Part shown: positions 26,929 to 34,693 of the stretch, in pieces
Numbering within the stretch: the stretch's first letter is position 1
Layout of the letters: every line of letters starts with the position of its first letter
Source: an uncultured Gammaproteobacteria bacterium
GTDB lineage: Bacteria > Patescibacteriota > Microgenomatia > Levybacterales > GWA1-39-11
Direction of reading: 5' to 3'
NCBI GenBank assembly: GCA_964394645.1
Contig: CAYMYC010000001.1
Span: 47,241 to 111,240, forward strand
DNA: 64,000 nucleotides
Notes under the pieces: generated by a model
Seen by the model: the letters and a program-made list of their open reading frames with translations, nothing else
Database searches by the model: none
What the model was told of the DNA's origin: nothing
Position numbers and translations under genes: made by a program

Positions 26929-28051
26929 TTTTTATTCCCTCTCTAATTTTTATTATTTGGGATTGAAAAAAGTATAAATTGTGATATGAGAATAAGGTGA
27001 GAGGTGTTATTTCATGCGCCTTTAGAAGATGAGCTAAGTATGATCGTTTATATTGCTGACAGACGAAGCAGGGGCAGTTTTTATCAAGCGGTTCATTATC
27101 TTTTAGCATTTCACTTTTCCTCATATTAATTCTTTCAGTTGAAGTAAATATTATTCCTCGTCTTGCGTAGTGAGTTGGTGCTATGCAGTCAAATGTATCT
27201 ATTCCGGCTTTTACAATTGGGATAAAATCATCAGGATGCCCTATTCCCAGTAAATGCCTAGGTTTCTCATCTGGAATGTTTGGAATCACCCATGATAACA
27301 TTTCTGAGAGAGTATTTTTGTTATCTCCAAACTCTCCTCCTATTGCTATCCCGTTAAAGTCCATATTCCCTATCGTAATGGCACTACCTATTCGTAGGTC
27401 CTTAAATTTTCCGCCCTGAATAATTCCATACATTGCCTGATTTGATTTTTTAATGTCCAGGCAAATCTTTGCCCATCTGTGAGTTTTTTCCATAGATTTT
27501 TTCGTATACTCATAATTTGCGACGGGACTCGTGCACTCATCAAATGCGTTTATTATGTCAGCTCCTAAATCCTCTTGAATTTTAACGGACTCATAAGGTC
27601 CTATGAATATTTTTTTTCCGTCAATAGGCGAGCGGAATTCAACTCCGTCTTCCGTAATTTTTACTTTTTGCGGTTGTTGACCTTCAGATATTGAGATTGA
27701 AGACTTTTCTTTTAAGATTTTACCTACTCCATGGTCCATGCCGAATCCGAGCGAAAATACTTGAAAACCACCTGAATCAGTCATGATAGGACGATCCCAG
27801 TTGGAAAATTTGTGTAATCCTCCTGCCTCTTTGATTATCTTTTCTCCTGGTTTAAGGTGTAGATGAAATGTATTTTCTATTAATACTTGTGTTTTTGTTT
27901 CCTTCACCTGATCCCATGTTAAGGCTTTCATAGTTGCCTGAGTTGCAACGCCAACAAGCGTGGGTGTTTCAATTTCGCCGTGAGGAGTTTTGAGTATTCC
28001 TGCTCGAGCACAGGAATTGCTTGATTTTTTAACAATATCAAAAGAAATCAT
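26915..28051 (-). CDS. tgt: queuine tRNA-ribosyltransferase (tRNA-guanine transglycosylase)
   Basis: MISFDIVKKSSNSCARAGILKTPHGEIETP...DSGGFQVFSLG... and the zinc site CPCFVCQQY...H. The track ORF extends to 28120 only through a TTG. The ATG at 28049-28051 gives the canonical Tgt N-terminus. Confidence 0.92.
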   Translation of the reverse strand: MISFDIVKKSSNSCARAGILKTPHGEIETPTLVGVATQATMKALTWDQVKETKTQVLIENTFHLHLKPGEKIIKEAGGLHKFSNWDRPIMTDSGGFQVFSLGFGMDHGVGKILKEKSSISISEGQQPQKVKITEDGVEFRSPIDGKKIFIGPYESVKIQEDLGADIINAFDECTSPVANYEYTKKSMEKTHRWAKICLDIKKSNQAMYGIIQGGKFKDLRIGSAITIGNMDFNGIAIGGEFGDNKNTLSEMLSWVIPNIPDEKPRHLLGIGHPDDFIPIVKAGIDTFDCIAPTHYARRGIIFTSTERINMRKSEMLKDNEPLDKNCPCFVCQQYKRSYLAHLLKAHEITPLTLFSYHNLYFFQSQIIKIREGIKNGKI

Positions 28052-28060
28052 GAAGCAATT

Positions 28061-28128
28061 ATACTCGAGCAAAGCAGAGAGTACAAACTTGTTTATACTC
28101 GAGCAAAGCAGAGAGTACAAACTTGTTT
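28061..28128. repeat. perfect tandem direct repeat, 2 x 34 bp (ATACTCGAGCAAAGCAGAGAGTACAAACTTGTTT)
   Basis: Units at 28061-28094 and 28095-28128 are identical. They lie immediately upstream of the tgt ATG. On the coding (minus) strand each unit supplies a TTGTAC-17-TATAAT/TATAAA promoter-like element. Confidence 0.95.
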
Positions 28129-28209
28129 ACATATATTTATATTAAACTTACTATTTACTTTTTTCCACAATCATGCATAGAAGAAATAATAAAGTACTTC
28201 AATAAATAT

Positions 28210-29007
28210 TTATAATTCAAGTGTATTTTGCGCAGCAATGGATGCTTCTTTTTGTGTTTTCGTTTTTTGATTACGAACAAAGTCACAATAATTACATCCG
28301 AACGTAAAATCTGGAACAGTATCCGAGGCGAGTAATACTCGAATCTTTTGAAGAGTTGAAAATATCCATGAAGTATCGCCTGCGTATGAGATAATAGACA
28401 GCTCAAATTCTAATTTTCCGTCAAATTTTGCCCGATTCTTTCCGGCATTTGCAAACACAAAATATCCCGTATGTGATACTTTATATCCCGAGTTTCTAAA
28501 TATCCACTGATAGATTTCCATTTGTCGTTTGTATGTGTCTTTGTATTCGTCATTTAGATTGATGGTTCGATCTGTGCTTGTTGCCTTGTAGTCAACTATG
28601 AGTAACTCTTCTTTTTTGTTTTGCCATATGTCATCAACTGCTCCAACCACTATGAAATTCGTTTCGCGCTCATGATAACTTTTCCCTTTGAAATTTTCCC
28701 TCCATCTATCTATTTCGGGGTGCCTAAGCGGAACTGCGTCTATTTTATATTTTCTCATGAGCTCATGTGTTTCACTATTTTCTCGAAGAAGGTCAAACTC
28801 TTTTTTTAAAAGCGTATCAACAGTATTATTTAGACTAAAAGTGGGCATACTAGGTCTGGCTACCCCCAATCTTCTATCCAGGTAAAAACATCGGGGACAT
28901 TGCATGAATAAGTCAATTTTAGATCTTGAAATTTTGTATGGTTCGGTGGACTTTGGATCAAAAAGAGGACTAAACCTATACTTATAAGAGGAGAGGGTTT
29001 TATACAT
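28210..29007 (-). CDS. Cas4-like PD-(D/E)xK nuclease with Cys ligands (standalone, no CRISPR context)
   Basis: N-terminal QCPRCFYL. RecB-family motifs VGAVDD, LIVDYKAT (D-x-K) and RQMEIYQWIF (QhxxY). C-terminal CNYCDF. Four Cys in a Cas4/AddB-like arrangement. Confidence 0.6.
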   Translation of the reverse strand: MYKTLSSYKYRFSPLFDPKSTEPYKISRSKIDLFMQCPRCFYLDRRLGVARPSMPTFSLNNTVDTLLKKEFDLLRENSETHELMRKYKIDAVPLRHPEIDRWRENFKGKSYHERETNFIVVGAVDDIWQNKKEELLIVDYKATSTDRTINLNDEYKDTYKRQMEIYQWIFRNSGYKVSHTGYFVFANAGKNRAKFDGKLEFELSIISYAGDTSWIFSTLQKIRVLLASDTVPDFTFGCNYCDFVRNQKTKTQKEASIAAQNTLEL

Positions 29008-29060
29008 AAGAAACTATTATAAAGTTATCTGTTTAGAACATTCAAGCATATCAGAGTGGT

Positions 29061-29297
29061 TCAGATTTTTGGTTTTTCCCCGGTGAAGTAGCAGATAAAT
29101 GACAAAATTACAGTAGTAATTAAAAGCTCAGGAAGAAATGCAATAAGTGTGCCCAAAATTGAATGGGATGAGGCATCGATTCTTAGGAATTCCCAGATTA
29201 AAAAGACTGCATAAAGTGTAACTATTCCCCACCCTTGCCATGTTGCAGGCCTCCATCCTACTCCATGATGTAAGGAGGCAAACCACCGTTTTTTCAT
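29061..29297 (-). CDS. small membrane protein (78 aa, two predicted TM helices)
   Basis: Hydrophobic segments WQGWGIVTLYAVFLIWEFL and LIAFLPELLITTVILSFICYF. No homology recognised. Confidence 0.35.
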   Translation of the reverse strand: MKKRWFASLHHGVGWRPATWQGWGIVTLYAVFLIWEFLRIDASSHSILGTLIAFLPELLITTVILSFICYFTGEKPKI

Positions 29298-29320
29298 ATC
29301 TGTTAAAATAGTACCAGTAT

Positions 29321-29929
29321 ATGTCCCATTCTGTCAAAAAAGCTCTTGACCATTTTAAAAAAACAGATATTATTCTATTTAAAGCAGCAATGACACTTGA
29401 TATTCCAGAGTTAGTACCACGTGGAGACCATTTTTACTCTCTTGTGAGAGCAATCACAAACCAACAATTATCGGGGAAAGCGGCTGATACCATCTATTCA
29501 AGGATTATAAAATTGCTTCCGGACGAAAAACTAGATGCTTTGGAGATATTAAAAATTGACGATCAAAAATTAAGAAATGCAGGATTATCATGGAATAAGA
29601 TATCTTACTTAAAAGACTTAGCGTTTAGAACTGTGCACAAGCAGGTACCCTTTGAAAGCTTTGATAAAATGAGGGAGGAAGACATAATCATCGAATTAAC
29701 TAAAATAAAAGGGATTGGACGGTGGAGTGCTGAGATGTTTTTGATGTTTCACCTGTGTCGTCCGGACATATTTTCATATGGGGACTTGGGTTTAAGAAAT
29801 TCTATTCAAAAGTTATATTTTTTAGAAAAACATCCGACGGCGAAGGAGGCTGAGGAATTATCTAGTAAGTGGAGTCCATACAGAACATATGCGAGTAGAA
29901 TTTTATGGATGAGCTTAGACAGTGTTTAG
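29321..29929 (+). CDS. DNA-3-methyladenine glycosylase II-like (AlkA family, HhH-GPD)
   Basis: HhH motif IKGIGRWSAEMFLMF followed by the catalytic-Asp context YGDLGL. Confidence 0.8.
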   Translation: MSHSVKKALDHFKKTDIILFKAAMTLDIPELVPRGDHFYSLVRAITNQQLSGKAADTIYSRIIKLLPDEKLDALEILKIDDQKLRNAGLSWNKISYLKDLAFRTVHKQVPFESFDKMREEDIIIELTKIKGIGRWSAEMFLMFHLCRPDIFSYGDLGLRNSIQKLYFLEKHPTAKEAEELSSKWSPYRTYASRILWMSLDSV

Positions 29930-31050
29930 CTATCACTTATTTTTCCACCCTCAAGCATCTCTATACCTTTAATATCAGGCAATGCATTTCCCATAATCCC
30001 CTTGAGGTCTCCCTGCATTCCAAATGTACTATCAATTACCTGACGAATATACTTTTCATCTCTGGACCATTTACTTGCAAAATATCGTTTTTCTTTTTCT
30101 ATCTCAGTTTGCATATTTGTAAATGCTTCTATAATTGCTTCAATTCGATGTCTGAATTCTGTTCCTGAAAGATAGGTATATAATATATCCATCTTTTCTT
30201 GTTTCCCTTCATTTGCTCGTTTTGCCATTGCGATTTGAACTAACGATAGACGTAATGAATATGCAAGTCCCATCACAAATGCATGTTTTACTATCCAAAC
30301 ACCTTTGTGAAATTTTGCACTTTCAACGTCAGTGGGCACAGTTTCAGATATGAGAACTGCATGTTCTGCAGTAATAGACCGTTGATCAGACTTTAATTTA
30401 TCTACCCATGATTCACTCCATGCTTTTGTGTTTTTAAGTTCCCAAAGAATTTTGCCACAAGCGTTTCCATTTCTGTCGGTTACTTCCTGAATAATATCTC
30501 CTCCGCGGGTTCCTTTCGCTACTTCAGATACAGTGTCATTTGGAAATTCATGTTTAAGTTTTTCTTCAAATTCTAGCTCAAATGCCTCTCCTTGTGTTTG
30601 CTGAGAGCCTTGTTGAAGCTTACGTCTGGCATCTTCTAACTCCTTTAAGGTATCAGACAATTGCTTGTCCTTTTCTAAAATTTTAAGTCTCTGTTCTTCC
30701 TCCGCCTTTTTAGTTGCTTCAAATTTAATTTTTTCCGTGTCAGAAGCCAATTTTTTCTCCATCTCAAGTTCCCTTTCCTCATCCCTTGTTTTAAGATCGC
30801 GTATTGATTTATTTAACTCAAGTAGACTTTCTTGGAGTTTTTTGTTTTGTTCGCGTAGTTCTGATTTTTCATTTTCAGAATCTTTGAGTATAAGTTCTTG
30901 TTCGTATTGAAGTTTTTTCCGTACTTTTTCTTCTGTCTCAGTTTTTGCTTTTTCTATATCCTTCTCAAAATCTTCCTGAAATTCATGCTTTAGTGCTTCA
31001 GTTAGTTCAATCTCTTTTTTGCAATGGGGACAAAGGAAACTGTTTTGCAT
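29926..31050 (-). CDS. coiled-coil protein with an N-terminal CPxC zinc-ribbon-like motif (DUF2130-like, tentative)
   Basis: MQNSFLCPHCKKEIELTEAL..., then about 180 aa of heptad-rich K/E sequence, then a globular C-terminal domain. Confidence 0.45.
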   Translation of the reverse strand: MQNSFLCPHCKKEIELTEALKHEFQEDFEKDIEKAKTETEEKVRKKLQYEQELILKDSENEKSELREQNKKLQESLLELNKSIRDLKTRDEERELEMEKKLASDTEKIKFEATKKAEEEQRLKILEKDKQLSDTLKELEDARRKLQQGSQQTQGEAFELEFEEKLKHEFPNDTVSEVAKGTRGGDIIQEVTDRNGNACGKILWELKNTKAWSESWVDKLKSDQRSITAEHAVLISETVPTDVESAKFHKGVWIVKHAFVMGLAYSLRLSLVQIAMAKRANEGKQEKMDILYTYLSGTEFRHRIEAIIEAFTNMQTEIEKEKRYFASKWSRDEKYIRQVIDSTFGMQGDLKGIMGNALPDIKGIEMLEGGKISDS

Positions 31051-31119
31051 GGTGGAACGTTACTTTATCATACGAATACATGTTGTTTCAATTACCTATT
31101 TTACCTAAAGAGACCTACT

Positions 31120-32478
31120 TTATCGGAAGTCAATTAATTTATACCCACGTGTTTTAACGGTTATAATTTCTTCTTTTGCATTTTGGGATTTGAGCTTGTT
31201 TCTCAGTCTTGCAACGAGTCTGTCTATTGCCCAATCAGACACGCCAAATGTTTCTGCCTCCGGCCAAACACGTTCGATTATTCTTTCCCGTTCGCATACG
31301 TCATTCATATGTTCCTTTAGAAAGGTTAGTAGGAGATGCTCTTTTTTACTTAGCTCGAGAACTTGCCTATCTCTTTTGTTTGAATGTATCTTTTCATGTA
31401 AAAAACGTTCAAACAGCGGACTAAAGACAGTCAAGTCGTGGGTAATTAGTCCGGTGTTAAATAAATATTCTCCCTTAATAGATTTCTGATTATTTCCCTT
31501 TGCAATATCTTTTAGAACTTGTCTCTCGTCATCGCTCAGACTTTCCCAAAGCTCTTCTGATTGTAGGGCAATTCTTTCATCTTGAAACAGAAAATTAAAA
31601 AGATTTTCTTTTTTTACGCTCACTTTTTCTTCATGAAGTGCAATAAGGGCATATTGGAGATATTGGTTATAACCATCAACTAGTCGTAACAACTCGTGTT
31701 CCAGGTTCATAAACCCTTTCAATGGGTATTGTTCTATAATCTTTTCAAAAATAATTTTAACGTCAGAAGCTTCTGCTGGTTTAATATAGAGGGTATCTGC
31801 GAACACAGAAAGTGCTTGTTTTGTAAATACGCTTGATGAGTGAGCATCCAACGGTCGAACACTTGTAAATACAAATGAAAGCTTATTTTGAGTCGCATCT
31901 ATAAGCCCTTGAAAATTTGCAAAGAAAGAGTGGGTTGCGACATCAATTATCCTATCAAAACGGATAAAAAATATTGTCGGACTGAAGCCTGCTTCACATA
32001 GGTAGATGAGGCTTTTTCTTACACCATCTATTGTTAGAAATAAATCTTGGGTTTGAATACTATCTAAAAAAAGTTGTGATATTTTCCTTTTAACCTCTGG
32101 ATTGGAAACGTTTTCCTCAACAAAATCCTCAATTCTTTTAAAGGTTAAAACCCAAAAAGGAAATATTTCACGTTCTACTAAGTTGTTTAAATCTACGGGA
32201 ATAAAAATATGCGTTTCGTCTCCTATATATTTTTTTTTAATGTCTTTGTGATTTAGGAAAAAACGTAAAAAGTTACTTATTCCAACACGCTTCATTCCTA
32301 CAAGTACGACTGACCGCCTATTTTTAAGAAGTAATCCAAGATTTTCTGAGTCAGATGACCTAAATTCAATAGGATATGATTCCTCTATGATGAAGGATTT
32401 CATGATGGTATTGTACAGCTTTAGGGGAATCATATCAAACATATTTGTGTCAGGATTGTGTCTGGAAAATAGTATCAT
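31120..32478 (-). CDS. putative regulator: N-terminal P-loop-NTPase-like domain fused to a C-terminal OmpR/PhoB-type winged-helix DNA-binding domain
   Basis: C-terminus ERIIERVWPEAETFGVSDWAIDRLVARLRNKL...TVKTRGYKLIDFR is a trans_reg_C signature. The N-terminal VVLVGMKRVGISNFL looks like a degenerate Walker A. Confidence 0.6.
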   Translation of the reverse strand: MILFSRHNPDTNMFDMIPLKLYNTIMKSFIIEESYPIEFRSSDSENLGLLLKNRRSVVLVGMKRVGISNFLRFFLNHKDIKKKYIGDETHIFIPVDLNNLVEREIFPFWVLTFKRIEDFVEENVSNPEVKRKISQLFLDSIQTQDLFLTIDGVRKSLIYLCEAGFSPTIFFIRFDRIIDVATHSFFANFQGLIDATQNKLSFVFTSVRPLDAHSSSVFTKQALSVFADTLYIKPAEASDVKIIFEKIIEQYPLKGFMNLEHELLRLVDGYNQYLQYALIALHEEKVSVKKENLFNFLFQDERIALQSEELWESLSDDERQVLKDIAKGNNQKSIKGEYLFNTGLITHDLTVFSPLFERFLHEKIHSNKRDRQVLELSKKEHLLLTFLKEHMNDVCERERIIERVWPEAETFGVSDWAIDRLVARLRNKLKSQNAKEEIITVKTRGYKLIDFR

Positions 32479-32519
32479 CTAGTCAAGCTGAAACATAAGG
32501 CACATTGTATTATCTAATT

Positions 32520-32681
32520 ATGACAAATGTGGAAGCTAGTAGAAAGATATTGCCGGTGTATGATGCTAGGGAGCTTATTCCTGATAAGGATCACATTATT
32601 GCAAGACTCGTAGGTGAAGGGTCACATGATTTTGGTAGCCAACCCGTAGTTATATATAGGAGAAAGGAGGAGAATAAGTAG
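32520..32681 (+). CDS. small ORF (53 aa), hypothetical; below the ORF-track length cut-off
   Basis: ATG at 32520. Translates as MTNVEASRKILPVYDARELIPDKDHIIARLVGEGSHDFGSQPVVIYRRKEENK. Locally elevated GC. Its 3' end carries the SD for the next ORF. Confidence 0.25.
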   Translation: MTNVEASRKILPVYDARELIPDKDHIIARLVGEGSHDFGSQPVVIYRRKEENK

Positions 32682-32682
32682 T

Positions 32683-32895
32683 ATGGCAAGACTTATTGAG
32701 GCACAGCCAATGAAAGGAAGAGTATTCGGAGAGCCTAAGGGCATTAGTCAGAGAGCTAGTATAAAGCCATCTGTGGAGGATCTGCAACTAGCGCGTGAAG
32801 AGGCACAGGAGGATTATAGTTTATGTCGTCCGATTATCCCCAACGACCAGGTGGTAAAACGTCGTCAGTGGCTAAGACCTTCAAAAACAAAATAA
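32683..32895 (+). CDS. small ORF (70 aa), hypothetical
   Basis: Strong SD (AGGAGAAAGGAGGAG) 7 nt upstream. Locally elevated GC. No homology recognised. Confidence 0.35.
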   Translation: MARLIEAQPMKGRVFGEPKGISQRASIKPSVEDLQLAREEAQEDYSLCRPIIPNDQVVKRRQWLRPSKTK

Positions 32896-33476
32896 TTTCC
32901 GGATATTCCAATGCATGCAAATTGAGTATTTTTTTTCATATTTTCGGCATGTATTGGTGAGTTAATCCATTGGGATACTACTTCCATGGAGTTTGAATTT
33001 AGTGCTATATTTTCAGTAGCTATACTATAAGAAGAATAAGGAAGCATGTGGTTAGTTATCCTATTTGTAAAACCTTCATGGGTAAAGTTTGTAGAAATTT
33101 CCCCTGCACGAGTTTGAGCAAATGAACATGTTTCTGGGGTTGGGTACATGAGTGAAAGTCCATTTGCTTTTCTATAATTATTTACTTGTTCAAGTAAATA
33201 TTCAGATGTTGATTGTTGTTGGTCTACTGCGTTTATGGGCGGTATCGTGACATTTTGTGCTTGAGTGGTTGTAATCGTTTGTAAAGGAGCAGTTTTAATC
33301 GGTATTCTGGTTGGGATAGCTGTAGGGGTGGATATTAGGACTCTTTTTTTAGTATTTATGCTAGGTGGAGCAGCCTCTACTGGTGGTAATGTTAGGTAGG
33401 AGAGAGTAGCATACATCCCACAAGAGATTACAATAAAAACGGCGAAGATGAGCAAAAAAATTCTTGCCATATGCAT
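32865..33476 (-). CDS. CAP/SCP (PR-1-like) domain protein with an N-terminal membrane anchor
   Basis: N-terminal TM helix IFLLIFAVFIVISCGMYATL. The C-terminal domain has NYRKANGL...HEGFTNR...ENIAL...WINSPIHAENM, typical of YkwD/CAP-family proteins. Confidence 0.7.
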   Translation of the reverse strand: MHMARIFLLIFAVFIVISCGMYATLSYLTLPPVEAAPPSINTKKRVLISTPTAIPTRIPIKTAPLQTITTTQAQNVTIPPINAVDQQQSTSEYLLEQVNNYRKANGLSLMYPTPETCSFAQTRAGEISTNFTHEGFTNRITNHMLPYSSYSIATENIALNSNSMEVVSQWINSPIHAENMKKNTQFACIGISGNYFVFEGLSH

Positions 33477-33576
33477 CAGACGTACACTTTACGAAATATA
33501 GAATTTAATTGTCAAATATAAACACAGCTTTAATAATTGCTGTTTGTGTTTATAATTCAATGAAATTAATACCTTC

Positions 33577-33846
33577 TTATTCTAATGTTCTTAGGAATTT
33601 AAGAATTGATTTCCCACGTTGAGTTAGAGAGTGTCTCATGCTTGTTTTATGAACCTGCTTTTTTATAAGACCTGATGTAGCAAGTTTTCTTACGTGTTCG
33701 CTTGTGGTTTTGTAATTAACTTTTATTTTCGTAGAAATTTCCTCCAATGAAATATATGGATATGCTTCTAAAATTTCTAGAATTTCAATTCTAGTGTGAT
33801 GAGCGAAACCTTTTATGATGACTTCAATATCACATGATGTGAGCAT
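33577..33846 (-). CDS. ArsR/SmtB-family winged-helix transcriptional regulator
   Basis: 89 aa. RIEILEILEAYPYISLEEISTKIKVNYKTTSEHVRKLATSGLI fits the ArsR HTH. Confidence 0.7.
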   Translation of the reverse strand: MLTSCDIEVIIKGFAHHTRIEILEILEAYPYISLEEISTKIKVNYKTTSEHVRKLATSGLIKKQVHKTSMRHSLTQRGKSILKFLRTLE

Positions 33847-33877
33847 ATTCTATTATTCTCAAGAATAAGAACATCAG

Positions 33878-34681
33878 TCAAGATGTTAGTTTTACTCTTG
33901 AATTGGTAGTATCTATAAACCCCTCTTTTTCCAGTTGCACTATGGCATCTCTGAAGTATTCGGTATTTGCAAATTGCCTTTCAAGTTTTCCCATGGGAAT
34001 ATTATTTGTATCAAGAAGAATTTTTATAATAGCGCCTCGTATTTGACGATTTGAGCCTTCAAATACAGTTTGCCTTGAATAATGTTTACTTTTGCGATTT
34101 GGATTAGATTCGAGTTTTCTTAAGTATGCACCATAATCCATCAAAGCGTAATACCATTCTCTGGGTCTTTTAAGATCAAGTGTTTGTTTGATTTGGATAA
34201 GTAAAGTTTCATCAGAAATTTTTTCCTGACCCATAAAGAATTCATGAATAAAAACACGTCTTATATTTGTTTCTATAAAAACAAAGGGTTTATTCGTCGA
34301 GAAAACATATATTGCTCCTGCAGTATTTATGCCAATGCCGGAAAACGTTTGAAGGGTTTTGGGATCAAGAGGTAGCTCCCCTGAATAGTTACAAATTGTG
34401 AGTTCTGCCATTCTTTTAAGATATAGAGCGCGTCTGTTATAACCAAGTCCGCTCCAAACTCTCAAAACATTTTCATTTGTAGAACGGTTAAGAGCAAAAA
34501 GAGTAGGAAATTTGTCAAGAAACTCTTTATATTTCGGTAGCACTCTTTCTGTTTGAGTTTGCTGTAGCATAACCTCCGATACAAGAATGTGATAGGGGTT
34601 TGTCGTATTTCTCCAGGGAAATACTCTTTTATTTTTGGAGTAAAAATTCCAGACCTTTTTTTTAAAAATTGAATCTTTCAC
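33878..34681 (-). CDS. MutY/EndoIII-family HhH-GPD DNA glycosylase lacking the Fe-S cluster cysteines
   Basis: VMLQQTQTERV, RVWSGLGYNRRALYLKRMA and FSGIGINTAGAIYVFS (HhH-GPD). There are no Cys residues after ...YYALMDYGAY, where the C-x6-C-x2-C-x5-C cluster would sit. Confidence 0.75.
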   Translation of the reverse strand: MKDSIFKKKVWNFYSKNKRVFPWRNTTNPYHILVSEVMLQQTQTERVLPKYKEFLDKFPTLFALNRSTNENVLRVWSGLGYNRRALYLKRMAELTICNYSGELPLDPKTLQTFSGIGINTAGAIYVFSTNKPFVFIETNIRRVFIHEFFMGQEKISDETLLIQIKQTLDLKRPREWYYALMDYGAYLRKLESNPNRKSKHYSRQTVFEGSNRQIRGAIIKILLDTNNIPMGKLERQFANTEYFRDAIVQLEKEGFIDTTNSRVKLTS

Positions 34682-34693
34682 GTGACTAGTAGA

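Noticed and set aside
28052-28120. N-terminal extension of the tgt ORF in the track (MYSLLCSSINKFVLSALLEYNCF...)
   Set aside because: The extension is initiated by TTG and consists of translation of the 34-bp tandem repeat. The ATG at 28049-28051 gives the canonical Tgt N-terminus.
28061-28128. Possible CRISPR array
   Set aside because: Only two directly abutting identical units are present, with no spacers. It is a tandem duplication, not a repeat-spacer array. No cas genes are present.
28155-28406. 83-aa minus-strand ORF overlapping the 3' end of the Cas4-like gene
   Set aside because: It is out of frame with, and embedded in, the better-supported 265-aa nuclease gene.
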